64,000 nt of DNA from Camelus ferus (taxonomy: Eukaryota): NCBI RefSeq assembly GCF_009834535.1, contig NC_045697.1:78742001-78806000 (forward strand), read 5' to 3'. The notes under the pieces were generated by a model. That model ran no database searches. It was not told the origin of the DNA and saw only the letters and a list, made by a program, of their open reading frames with translations. The position numbers were made by a program, and so were the translations under genes. This document shows, piece after piece, positions 27,301-40,900 of the stretch. Each line of letters opens with the position of its first letter. The first letter of the stretch is position 1.

Positions 27301-28351
27301 TGATTTTTAATTTACAGATAAGAAAGTGGTATTAGCATAGGTTCTTTTCTGAGTTGAATGTTACTATAGATTGGAAAATAATATGCTGTCAGATAGGAAA
27401 TGATGACTTGCAACCATTATGACTGTATCTAGACTCATAAAGTGCTTTGAAAAAAAATAATATTCCACAAGCAGCTATTTGGTGAGATTATTATTAGACA
27501 TTTGGCTACATTTTACACATTTTTGCTGAAGGGAAAGGTTTTCCTTAATTTGTTTATGTGTTTTTAAACAAAAGCCAGTTCTAAAGGAATGATTTACAAG
27601 TGTCATTTAAGCCATTTTAAAATAGTGTATGTCAAGATTAATAGTAGTAATGTCCTTTCAAAAATCTCATGGAAACATTTAATTAGAGCATTTCTATTTT
27701 TACCAGAAGTTTTATATAATCCTAAGTATTGAGATAAACAGGCTAAGACATTTTTAAAATTATCTTTTATTTAATGTTCATGATACACCAGGCACTGTGG
27801 CGTGTGGTGATGGAAATAAACAGATGAATAAAACACAGGTTTTGACTTCAGAGGGGTTTTAATCTACTGGCAAGGTTTAGGGAGGGCTGACAGAGAAGTG
27901 AAAGGAAGAATAGGCAGAGGGTCAACTAAAACACAAGTCACAGAGCTCGGCTGTGAAAGCCTTTGAGAGGACAGGCAGGAAATACAGATTCAGGAACTAG
28001 CTAAATGTAAGACATTAGGGAATGGTAGAAACTCTAAATAACTGTAGAGTGCATGCCCCTTGCAGAGGCAATCAAAACAAATTATTTTTAAAACATTGTG
28101 CCAGTAAATCAAAATGGTCCATCAGCTCAATTCAGTCTGCAATTTACAATCCTTGTTTTAAAACTATGAGACGGATTAAACTGTGGTATGACATGTGTTA
28201 CAGTCAAGGTACAAGTAAAATTTACTGAGCGCCTAAAGAGCATAGTGAGTAAATCCAGGTGAGGGATTGGAAAAGTCTTCAGAGAGAAGGTGAGATTTAA
28301 CTGAATCTTGACAAATAAGGAGGATTCAACACATAGAGAATGGCTGATGCG

Positions 28352-28545
28352 GCATAACTCAGTGGTGAGGAGCCCAGGATATGGAGCTGCAACGCCTGGT
28401 TTCCAGTACTAGCTCTGCCACTGACCAGTTCTGTGCCCCTGGCAAGTTAATTAACCTCTATAAGCCTCAGTTTCTGCATATGTAACATGAATACTTACCT
28501 CTGTGGGTTGTTTTAAAGATTAAATGATAAGATACATGTAAATTA
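28352..28545 (+). mobile_element. MIR SINE
   Basis: AGCTCTGCCACTGACCAGTTCTGTGCCCCTGGCAAGTTAATTAACCTCTATAAGCCTCAGTTTC is a clear MIR core. Confidence 0.85.
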
Positions 28546-31500
28546 ATGGTTTAGCTATTTTATTTGTACACATAGCTCTCTGTACTAACCATCTTACTGA
28601 TCATTTCTAGAACTTAGCAAATCTCCCTATAAAAATTGATCCAAGATTTCACCACCCCTCACCATTTTGTTGCGGTACAACTGTCGTGAGCAAGTTGAGT
28701 TCTCAGAACTAGAGCCAGAATTATCAATGAAAGGTAAAGGAGATGAGATAGCGCCCTATAATCGTCAAAAGTAGTAAACACCAAGAAGTATTACCCCGTA
28801 TTTCATTACACTTGAGAATGTCTTGCTATTTTAGAAATTACAAGCTGTAGCAAGACAAACCTTATCTTGTGTAATGCTGGAATCATTACTTAAAAAATGC
28901 ATTCAATCAGAAATAGACGGTACTGACCCGCACAAAACAATTATGCCAAGTGCTTGCTCACCTCCTGTCATTCGAAGCTAATGTTGATTTAACTACTGTG
29001 AGTATATATCACTTTCCCCACTCAGAACAAGGGATCACAAAGAGATTTTCATGGAAAGAAAGTTTTGGCTTTTCCTCTACAGTGATGTATATTGAAAAGG
29101 CAAAACATCATGTATGCAAATAGAAAGAAAATAATTAAAAACAAAAATGAAGCAAGTTTCTCCCCATCTTTACGTCCTGCCTAATTTCCCATGACACCTT
29201 CTAAATGGTTTCATACCATCAGTGCACACTCCTGAGACTGATTCTCAAAGCCTTCTTCCTTAATCTGGCCTCTCGGCTGTTCCCATGAGGCCAGCAGGAC
29301 CACTCTGCCATGCAAATGTCTTCCACGGCTCCAGGTCACTTCACACACCCTCACCCTCCTGCCCATGCCCCCTATTCTAAACAAATCCTCTCCTTCCCAA
29401 AGGACCAATTCTGGTCCTGACATGGTTTTCTCAACTGCTTCAATCCAAAACGGACACTCCTTCCTTCAAATTCCTATTGATTTAATCCTATTTATTTACA
29501 CCCTATTTGTCTGTATCAATCCTATTTACATCAACCATAGACATTCAAATCTGTGATGACTTCAGTTGCTCTGAAAATTTGCCAGTCTTTCTCCCCAAAA
29601 TAAAAGTTCGGTAGTTATTATATTCTATTCATTTTAAGTGTTTCTATATTCTTTACTTTGACTTGGTCTGGTTTTTTTTTTATACAAGATATGAAATGTT
29701 AGGGCTTAGGTTATCTTTTTCTCAAAATGGACATCTTGATAATACTATCTATCAAATAATTCTTCCCTTCACAATTCAACTCCAATGGTTTCTTTAACCC
29801 ACTCAGGCCATTTCAAGGAATCCTACTACATTGATCTGCCTAGTCTTAACATCACTACTAAAATGCTTAAATTATTCATCTTTATTTTGTCATTACATTT
29901 TTCTGAATATATGTTCATATGTTTACTAACCTAGATAAATTTTAGAATCATTTTGTTGATTAACACAGACTTGAGGTTTTCATAAGAATTACCTTTAACA
30001 TGTCTGGCAACTTGCCAAGGAACATATTACTATATTGTTTGATAATTAATGTAACATTTAGGACATGTTAAGTCTTTTCATTTATGCACATTCATCATTT
30101 TTTTTAACAACTCCCTTACAATGTCTTTAAGGTCTGAACAAACTGAAATACTCCCCATTCTCTGAACACAACTGATGTCTAGTCTTTCAAATCTACCCAC
30201 CTCCTTCTTCCCATGCAAATGTCCTCATATCTCCCTAATGATCCCACCACTCTCCAAAAAAACCCATTTCAAATGCCACTGTCTCCTTGGATCTTCTAAC
30301 TATACTGCAGAGAATAATTTTTCCATTCTTCTAAACTTCTATAGGGGGAGGTATAATTTTATGGCTAAGTTACACCACATCAAAAATTCTGATTTGCTAT
30401 TACACTAACATCAGTCTTCCTTTTCTTCTTTGGTTTCCAAAATCTATGAACCATTTCTCTTTCCACCTTGCACCAACTTGTATGCAAGACTATTCTTTTT
30501 AACATTTCCCCCCAAATTTATTTGCAAATGAATAATTAATTAATGAGAAACAGAGATTTTCATAGAGAAATGTATAACTTGTAGGACAAGTATTTTACAC
30601 TACAACCTCAACAAACAATCTTAAAATCATTTTCAATCCCTATTAACTATTCCCTGTTTCCCTCAAGTGCCTATCTCAGCTGGTCTGTCCCAGGTATTCG
30701 TATTTTCTTACATTTTCCCTGAACAGCAAGTGCTCAGCCAACCAGAGTGGTCAATGCAATGGCCAGCTGTCCTTCTACGAGGCAGATGGCTGTCTCTTCT
30801 TTAGCCTGGGCCTCAGATGATAGCTGGACTTTAGAGGCTCCTTATCAAATTATCATCAAAATATCACTGGGGGGCACAGGCGACAAAATGAAGTTTTATT
30901 TTCTCCATAACCTTATTTACTTGTGACCATCTGTTGCCTTCCACTATATTGCAAATTCAGTAAGTACAAAAATCATTGTCATATTATGCTTTAAATATCT
31001 CCACAGCACTAAGTGCATGACCCATAATACCTTGTTTCTTGTAGAGGAATGCTTTTAAATGAATGAATAAATAATTTGATAAATTAATAATTAATAAATA
31101 AATGTATGGCCTCTGTGTGGGTCATAAAAGATATGAACAGAACTGACTTGGAGAAAGCTCTATTTTATTAAAATAAGGAGACTAATTTTCACAGCTGCAA
31201 AAATATTCTTTTCCACTTTTCTCCTTAGGTCCACAAGGACCTCTTAGTGGAGAGTTTTGTTATGGTTTTCAGTTTTAAAAAGAAACAAATTCACTTCTGT
31301 TTCAAGTTTCTTTTTTGTTTGTTTTGTTTTACTTTTGTCTCTCATTTACTCTGACACAGCCTCTCTCAAATTCTCATAGAATATCAGAAAAAGAAAAAAA
31401 GTCTGTAGCACTACTTAAATCTAATGCAAAAGGATATTAAATGAAATTTTCCAATTTTTCTAGATTTTTAATTGGGACATGAAATTGAAAATAAAATGAA

Positions 31501-31608
31501 TCAAGTACCCTGTTATAAAGAGAGATAAGTCCAAGTAGTCTAAACAGGTTGTCAAAAGTGCAACACGTTTCTTTAAGTATAAAATCTACCTTTTAAAATC
31601 ACAACTTA

Positions 31609-32659
31609 CTTATGCACAACAAAGGAAACTATTAACAAAACAAAAAGACCAACAGAATGAGAGAAAATATTTGCAAATGATGCAACCAACAAGCGGTTAA
31701 TATCCAAAATATACAAACAGCTGATACAACTCAATATCAAATAAACAAACAAACAACCTAGTCAAAAAAATGGACAAAAACCTAAACAGACATTTCTCCA
31801 AAGAAGACATACAGATGGACAACAAACACATGAAAAGATGCTCGGCATCATGAATTATTAGAGAAATGCAAATTGAAACAATGAGCTATCACCTCACACC
31901 AGTCAGAATGGTCATCATCAAAAAGTCTACAAATAATAAATGCTAGAAAGGGTGTAGAGGAAAGGGAACCCTCCTACATTGTTGGTGGGAATGTAAATTG
32001 GTAAAACCATTATGGAAAACAGTATGGAGGTTTCTTAAAAACTAAAAATAGAGCTACCATATGATCTGGAAATCCTACTTCTGGGCATATATCTGGAAAA
32101 GATAAAAACTCTAATATGTAAAGATAAATGCACACAAATGTTCATAGCAGGACTATGTACAATAGCCAAGACATGGAAACAACCCAAGTGTCCATCAACA
32201 AACAATTGGTTTAAGAAGATGTGGTGTATATATATATGCAATGGAATACTACTCAGCCATAAAAATAAAACATTGCCATTTGGGACCCGAGAGGATATCA
32301 TACTAAGTGAAGTAAGTCAGGGAAAGACAAATACTACATAATGTCACTTATATGTGGGATATAAAAAATAATACAAATGAATCTATATACAAAACAGAAA
32401 CAAACTCACAGACATAGAAAATAAACTTATGGTTACCCTAGGGGTAATATATACAAACTACTATAGACAAAATAGATAAGCAACAAGGATTTACTGTATA
32501 GCACTGGGAATTATACTCAATATCTTGTAGTAAGGAAAAATAACCTGAAATATATATGTGTATATATAAAACACACATATCTGTATACATACTGAACCAC
32601 TTCACTCTACACCTTAAACTAAAACAATTATTGTAAATCAACTATACCTCAGTACAAAA
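31609..32659 (+). mobile_element. 5'-truncated artiodactyl-type LINE-1 (ORF2 3' part + 3' UTR + A-tail)
   Basis: ORF2 peptide MFIAGLCTIAKTWKQPKCPS (ORF 32138..32341). 3' UTR TACTGTATAGCAC...TTGTAAATCAACTATAC. Target-site duplication AAAATCACAAC at 31595-31605 and 32660-32670, at a TTTT/AAAA site. Confidence 0.95.
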
Positions 32660-32869
32660 AAAATCACAACCTAATTCTAAGTTTGTCTTAACATGAAGCA
32701 AACTTACTGTTCTGAGGTAAGGCAAGGAAAGTTTCATAAATATAATAAGAAATGTCATAAACAGCTTTTGTGGGAAACTTTATCATTCCTTTTAAAATAT
32801 GTAACAAAACAAACACATAAATAATATAAAAGGGCAAAGAAAAATAGATAATATTACAAGGTCATAATA

Positions 32870-35250
32870 TATGTATCCTACAGAGCCTAAATTTAATTTT
32901 TCTTCAAATATTCATTGGACATCTTCAAAGTATTATAATGTGTATATATCATAAATATTTATATATTTACATATATGTATACACAGATATACATACTGAG
33001 CCATAAGAAAATCTCAATAAATCCCCAACTTTAGAAACTGCATAAGCACCATTATCCGTATCTGACAATACAACAAAAATGGAAAATTAGTAACAAATTT
33101 TAAGTGAAAGAGAGTCCTCTTGGAATTTTTTAAAAGCTATCTAAATCATTCTTGAGTTAAATAATAATTGTTAAAAGCTAATAGTAAACAACTCAGGAAA
33201 CAATAAAATTGGGACTTGTGAGACATAATCAAAAGTTAATGAAGACAAATGCATAGCCTTAAGGGTAATCATTATGAAATAAAAATAAATGAACCAAGCA
33301 TTTAACTATTATAATTATTTCTTATAATATTAATTATACCAACAGAAGCTTCCTTTTAGGGCAACCACCCTGCTCCAACATTCTAATAAACACTTTATAA
33401 TAGTTTCTACTTTTAACTCTGACTTACTGAGGTAGATACCATAATTTGAATTTTGCACATGGGAAACTCTGGCTCTGTACAAAGTTTAAGAACCTTATGC
33501 AAAATCACATAGTTGGTAAGTGCCAACTTCAGGATTCATAATACAATGTGTGAGATCCTAATCAGGAAATAAAATACTTAAAATGACAGAATACTGAATT
33601 GTAAACCAAAATGGTATTAGCATTAGAGCAATTAAGACTAATATATTAACAATAAAAGAGACAGACTTCTGGTAAATTAAATAAGAAAAAGTATATACAA
33701 ATAACCAAATATCAGAATGAGAAAAGATGCATAACAACAAAGAGATGAGATTTTAAAGATCTTTTCAGGCAGTATTCTATTCCAGTACTAACCAATTCAA
33801 GATTTATATAACTTTAAAATATGTATGTACTTCAAAGCTGACCCATAAAGTAGAGAACCTAAGGAGAGAAGTAAAGTGAAAGAAACTGCAAATATATCAG
33901 AGATTATGCCCTCAGATAGTTTCACACCAAAATAACCTTCCTAATATTTGATCCCTTAAGAAATAGATAATACTAGTATGTTATGTAATATTATCTAACA
34001 CACAAAAACATGATAGTTTCAAATGCAATTTTCAACATTATTCTCATCCTCACATCAAAAATCTGACCAAGAGAGCCACCTACAAACCACTTAAATGTTG
34101 CCTTACTTAGATATATGCAGAAATACTAAGCAAATAAAAGATTTATCCCTAAACAAGGACTTAGCAAACAATATTAATAAAAGAAAAACATTTTAAGAAA
34201 AACATTACATCTGCTTTAAGAGGGTTATTTCACAATAAAAGCAGTCCAGTCCCTCTTAAATAAAGGCATAACAGTCATAAACTTTCAGTAATTAACAGTA
34301 TCAAGATGTGTAATGTATATATTGTTAGAAATGTTTTAATCTTTTGGAGATTTTTAGATATATAATTGTAGTGGGAGGATTTAATTTACCACTCAATCTC
34401 TCTCTGATTAAGTAAATAAAAAGGGAATAAAATATAGACTATCTGAATAACATAAGATTAATGTATTGGATTCAATTTATAACTAACAGAGAACATATTT
34501 TTTTCTAAGTATTCATGAAATATTTATTTTAAAAAATTGTACATTAAGTCACAAGGGAAACTGAAGAGAATCCAAAAAGCAGAAGTTTTACAGGGCATAT
34601 TCTCTGGCCACAAAACAATAAACCTAGGAATTAAAAACACAGTAACAAATGAAATATAGACAGGGGAAATACTTGCAATATACAGTGAAACTGTATGTAC
34701 TATCTAAATTTTTTTATATAATGTATTTATTTACATGTCAGTGAAGTGGACATATATTTATTATATAAAAAGCTCTCACAAATAAATAAGAAGAAGTTTC
34801 ACAACTCATTGGAAAAGTGGGCAATAGCAAATAAATAGAGCAGTCAGAAAAGTAATAAAGTGGCCAATAAATTTGACTCTCATAGTCAAACAAGTGCAAA
34901 TTAAAGTAATATATCTCTTTCTTTGTCAGATTAGAAAACAGTAAAAAAGAATGAAAATAATTAGTGTAATGAACACAGAAGCTAACAACCATGTGCAAAA
35001 AGGAAGTTAAAGTATGAATTAATATATTACACTTTTTAGAAGATCATATAGTAACATATATAAAAGTTTAAACATAGATACTAGCTAACCTATTCATTTC
35101 ACCCCTAAGAATGTATCATAAGGAAATGAGTGTGAAATGATACAAAGATATTATGCATCTGAATGGTCAAAATAGTGAAAACTTGAAAACAGTCTTATCC
35201 TTCAAAAGGAGACTGGTTAAATATTTGCTATACATCTATACAAAAGAATA
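32870..35250 (+). mobile_element. Patchwork of highly decayed old L1 (L1M/L1ME-like) ORF2 fragments with an embedded minus-strand MIR at about 33400-33540
   Basis: A-rich. CATACTGAGCCATAAGAAAATCTCAATAAAT, AAATGCATAGCCTTAA, TTAAGTCACAAGGGAAA and AAGTGCAAATTAAA resemble successive ORF2 segments. Confidence 0.6.
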
Positions 35251-36409
35251 TTCTTCAAAAAATTAGGATTTTGAGATATTTCATTCCAAATTGAAATCAG
35301 CCACATTTTATTCAGACCATTCTAGGGTCATTCCATTATCTCTGGCTGAAAGAGGAGGCAAAATTCTGACAGAGAGTGATCTCACATCAGTTCTAATAAA
35401 TGAATATAGTTCTTTTCTGAAAAAAAAATTGACTTAAAAATTTGAAAGCTCAAATTCTATTGTCATCCATCAATTTGAACATTCATTTTTCCCTCAGGTA
35501 AATTGTACTATCTAGTTTACTTTCTGGGTTGTGATCATTTGAAATTTCACCAGACAGTGAGACCAAGTTAAAGACTTCTTTAAGTGTGATCAGTCTTCTT
35601 GTTTTACTGCCATTTAGACCTAGATTTCAAAGGTCAATGAATTACGCCAGTATTGTTTAGATTATGTACCAACTACAAACATACCATAATGTGCAGAGCT
35701 GATAAGAAACATGATCAATAACCAGATAGCATCTTACAGCTGGTACTTTGGAAAGGAAAGATGATCAAAAATGACCTAACATTTTTAGCATTTGTTTACA
35801 ACATATCGATCAATTGTATAGCAGTCAATGTATTTTAAACAGCATGACTGCTCAAGCTGAAGTTGCTTTATACCATAAAAACCAAATAGAAACCCATGAA
35901 GCCGCGTCTCTCAGCATGGCTATAGATTTTTTTTTTTTTTTTTTTTGGATTTCTATTTAATATATAGCTTTAACGATGCATCCTGGCACTTTTCTTACAA
36001 CCGCTCTGAAAATAGTGTGTTCTTCACTGAGTAAATAAGTCAAATACAAACAAGAAGTAGGTCAATTTAAGCCCTGAAAAATCTCAGGTCAAAGTAGTAT
36101 ATGAGTGTTTTTAAATCAATTTACTCAGTATCCCAAAGGATCAAAGCTCTTTTATAAAGCTCTAAAGCTCTGGATAAAATTCTGGTATCAAGATTCTAAA
36201 CATACCATCCAATATGAGCCTTAAACAACTCAGTATTTTCATTAACAAAATATCAACCTATGATTCCTGACTATAAAGTTGTAACCCTGGAAATTTAAAT
36301 GAGGTTTAAGTGCATCCTTACTCTGGAGTAATTACAACGCTGCATCAAGCTTATTCTCTAGGCCTGGCTCCACCTTAAACACTAGAGATACATTATTTCA
36401 AATAATCTG

Positions 36410-36562
36410 AACAGTAACAGGATGGGATAGGTATTTCCCATTTTAGAGGACAGTAAAACATGGAAAATGAGCACCTCCCTGCTTACCCAGCTAGTGGGTG
36501 GCAGAGCTGAGTTTTAAACCTAGCCAGCCCAGCTCTACAGTTCATGCTCTTAACCTCTGTGC
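36410..36562 (-). mobile_element. MIR SINE
   Basis: CCCATTTTAGAG...CCCAGCTAGTGGGTGGCAGAGCTGAGTTTTAAACCTAG...CATGCTCTTAACC. Confidence 0.7.
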
Positions 36563-37714
36563 CTTGGTATAACTATTTAGGGTTTTTTCTTGTACTTTAC
36601 ATGTATGTGTTAAGATATGTGTCTTTAAAATTCTTAATGACACATATTGTTACATGATTTAAATGTGGCACAAAGATTGCCTTACTAAAACTATTTTCTA
36701 AAAGTTCTATGATTATTTATGTCTATATGTAGTATATCCATGTGTAAATTTCTTGCCACAGACTCTTTTCTTGCCTCTTTTTTCTCTTTGTGTTCTACAC
36801 TTCCCTTCTCTTCCCTACTCATGTACATAGACTCCTTTTCTCCCAAAAAGTTCACGCCATCTTCTCTCTTATGCCACTTTCTCTTCCTCTCAGAGCTGTA
36901 TCCCAGATCAGCTGGCTTTCCTCTAACCCCACCCTGTCCACCCACCTCCTTCTACCCAAATCCTTATTACTTGGCCTCTGGCTCTGTGTGAGTGACTCAA
37001 TTACCATCCTTCGACAATCCTAAGATTATAGACCCCGTGCATCTTATCACAGAACTCAGAGTCACTCCTGTAATAATGGTGTCCTTCAAACACATTTTTG
37101 ATAGTGATCAATAAAGTCTTATGTAAGATTTTGAAGACTTTTACTCCAGTGGCCACATTTTTCAATTTCATTTGTCTTCCTGATTTCAAATTTTATTTCC
37201 AAGTTTCAGCTTAATAACTGACTACTTATCAAACAGAATATAAAGGAATTGCTCTGCTTTAAAACAAGCTTTATCTTACATGGTGTTGTTTGACAATTAA
37301 TCCCTTTTCTCTTCTTAACTATAGAAGTCAGCTGTTTAGTGATAAATTACTGTCTGACACCCTAGTAAACTTTACCACCACCAATAAAACAAATTGGAAT
37401 TTAAAGGAGTAAAAGGAAAGAAAGAGCACGGATCATGCAAATAGAGAGATGAAAAGCATGCTAACAAAAACAAACCAAAAAAAGTTTGAAAATAAATTAA
37501 ATCTTCATTTTCAAATAAATACATTTATTACCTGTTAAGTAGGAAAGAAAATAAAGGATTTATTTAAAAACCTGTTGAGTATTCAAAAAACCAAAATGCT
37601 TGATTTCATTTTTACTGCATAAATTTTAAGGTACGACTATTTATACAAAAAGACATCCATCATCATGTTGATTGAATAGGAAGAAAATTTTTAATTTCAA
37701 AACTAGTTAGGTCA

Positions 37715-37911
37715 TTACTATATATAAAATAGATAAACAACAAGGACCTACTGTATAGCACAGGGAACTATATTCAATTTCTTGTAATAATATATAATGG
37801 AAAAGAATCTGAAAAGAAAATACATATGTATGTATATGTATAACTGAATCACTTTGCTGTACCCCTGAAACTAACATTGCAAATCAACTACACATAAATT
37901 AAAAAAAAGAA
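37715..37911 (+). mobile_element. Severely 5'-truncated LINE-1 (3' UTR tail only)
   Basis: AAATAGATAAACAACAAGGACCTACTGTATAGCACAGGGAACTATATTCAA...A-tail. 16-bp duplication AAAACTAGTTAGGTCA (37699-37714) / AAAACTGGTTGGGTCA (37912-37927). Confidence 0.95.
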
Positions 37912-40900
37912 AAAACTGGTTGGGTCAGAAACCATCACGTGAGTGGCATGTGTGTGTTTACATGTGTACAAGTGCCCTCACACTTCACTGAACCATACCC
38001 TGGGTGTTTGTTTTGCATAATGAACCTTCCTCATCTGTCATCTTCTGCTATGTGGGAGGAAATAAGGGAGGAGGGGGCAAACCTTGTCTTTCTTGCTCTT
38101 AAAGAAAAGCCTGCAATTAAATGGAGGAAAAGTAAAGACCCTCATTAGAATCCCAGTGATTCCCACCACTCGTTTGCGGTAGAGGTCGGCTTCTCTCCCT
38201 GGGGACTGATCTAGTTGTCCCTTTTCCCTATTAACCTGGATGCCTTATTTTCCTAATACGGAAAGAGCTGAGTCAAGTTTTGTTACATTTCTCAGAAGGC
38301 TAACTTAGTGGAACTGTTAAGTGTGCCTTGGAACGCCGTGTTCATGGAGGTTTTTTCCTGCTGTGGATTATTGATGCTGCAGGAGCAGATAGACTGATGT
38401 GCCTTGAATTCCAACAAGGAGAAAGTGGCGTGTTGTTACTCTTTTTGAATAAAAAGTGAGTATTTTTAAAAGGCTTTTTATTTCAATGTGCTCCATTCTT
38501 ATTCCTGATCAATTTAATATGAGTCATTTAAATGCCATGCAACATTAATTTATGTTTACTTATTTGAAAACTTTGTCTAGTTATTTGCTCATACTGGAAT
38601 CATTTGAGACCAATCTGTAAACAATATTCAAATTCACTGTCATGCAACAAGAATTAACGTGTGTGCGTAGACATGCAATGGGGAGGTCGGGATAAAGAGA
38701 AGGTAAATTACGGCAAGCACATTAGAAATTGGCAAAGTGTGAGTCTTTATAATAACCAAATGGTTGTGTTTCCTTCTTTTTGCCCCTAAATCAGTTTTGA
38801 CCTCATTCTGACAATTAGTAAGTAATTACAAGGAATGAAGTGGCTCAGGGATGTGGTGTATGTATTTTTATAGAGCTGCTTTAGAAGATTGAGACCTTTC
38901 AGTGTATCTGATCCATCTGTTTCTTTAAGGCCCACTTTTTGGAGGAAACTGCCATGTGATTTTACAGTAGAGATATTCATAACCTGAGTTCTTTAAGCTG
39001 TGTATGAAACAGATTTCGAGGGATCCAGGCCTGATTAAAACAGTTAGCCTGTTCACACCCCCCCCCCCATTTACTGTGGATTACAGGAAGGGAGGTTGGG
39101 GTTAAATCAGCAGGTCTTCCTGCTTCCCCAGAGGTTAACCTGGCAGTCGGTCTGGCACCCACAGGAGGGCTGACAGGTAGCAGGATTTGTCTAAGCAGGC
39201 TGCCTGAGAGCCAACAAGGAAAACTGAATGCTCTGGATTAGTTCTGGATTATGTTGTCAGAGTGAAGGCTGATGGACAAACTGCAGAGAAATAAAATGCA
39301 ATCTGTTTGGGGAGAGGCAGCGGGCATAGCTTTCATTTTCAAGAAATGACAAGAAAAATCATTAATAATTTGTAAATCCATGTCCATTAACTTTTCTCTT
39401 TGTTGTCCCAAGACAGCCTTTTTAACATGAGTTTGCCACCATCCTATATCTCTTCTGTCTAGTGACAGATGACAAGATAGATATGAAATTGTACTCATAA
39501 AATAATACCCCCACCTCAAAGAAAGACAGAGCTTTATTCTCCTAACACTGCTGTCTCCGCTCAGACCTTCCCCCTACCCTGCCCCCAGGATGAAAGGAAA
39601 CTTTGACACTGGTGAGACAGCCAAATGACATGTGTTTGCTTTCTTCTCTCTGTAATACATTTCTAAGACAATGGTATTACTTAATGAAATTTAAAGCCAA
39701 AAAATAAGTAAATAATCATGATACTAATCATAACAGTATTAATTCTATTTATTATGATGATAAAATGTGCTGTGGGATGTCTTTTTTTTTCCCTAAAGGA
39801 CTTGAGCACCAGTTCCAAAACTACCTAAGACAGTTAATAGATGTGAATGCACATTTAGCAAAAACAAATTTCAGTCTCTACAGGAGGGGTTTACATTTTT
39901 CTGACATAGGAGTTACTAAAATTATTAAAGAACAGTTGTGAAATAACTGTGGTGACATAATTTCCATTTACTAACAAACTAATGTTCCCAAAATAATTTG
40001 GGTTTTGCTTTTCTTTCAAGTCTCATAATTTACTTCAGCATTTCTTAAAGTGAAAATTACCTTATTGTCAGGAAAAACCTCTCTGCTTAGACTCAGTTGA
40101 AACTAAAAAATATATTTAAGTGTTTCTAAGATAGCAAAAATTAGGGTGTTCAGATATTTTGGCTTATGGCTAAATTATCATTATTACTTACAATAATTTC
40201 AAAAATGAAGTTTTGTGGGCACAAGGAGCTAGTATCCATAGACTCCAACAGTAACATAGCAGGATTCTTGTGCTCTCCTCTATGATTTCAATGGCAAATT
40301 CTCTCTTTTTCTAAATAGAAGAGCTTGCTTTCTTCTCCGTAAGAAACAATATAAATTAAGTCCCAATTCCTCAGGATAAACTCAGGCTGGGTACTTTGGT
40401 GAATGTCATTACAAAAAGAAGGAATCCACAATCCCAAATCAACATTTTGAGCTTCAGAAAAATTCCACCTTAAATTTCCATTGTTCTGACATCTTACTTT
40501 ATCTGTCCCACAGTAGGCAGTCAAAATATAGTTAATAAATAGATAAATAAGTCAATAAAAGCATATTTGATGCAAAAAATATTGAATTCACTTTGACCCA
40601 CATGAAGCAAAGAAAAAGATGCCTGTTAGAAATTTTATTTTGCATAATATTGTTGTATTAGGTAGTATTAATACATAAAGCATAAAAGAATAATAATGAC
40701 TAAAAAACATAGACTCAAATGGTTATTTTTCAATATGATAAATAAAAAGCACTCTGTGGACCTGGTTATGTGAGTTTTTTTTTTTAAATTAGAGTCAATT
40801 AAATCAGTCTATGTGTATAAACATACTTTCAAACCTGTGTTACTTAAGTTCAACTACAGACCATCATAAAACAATGTATTATTCAAAAAAAGGCAACTGT

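Noticed and set aside
32035..32641. ORFs overlapping the 31.6-kb element
   Set aside because: Sense and antisense frames of a decayed L1.
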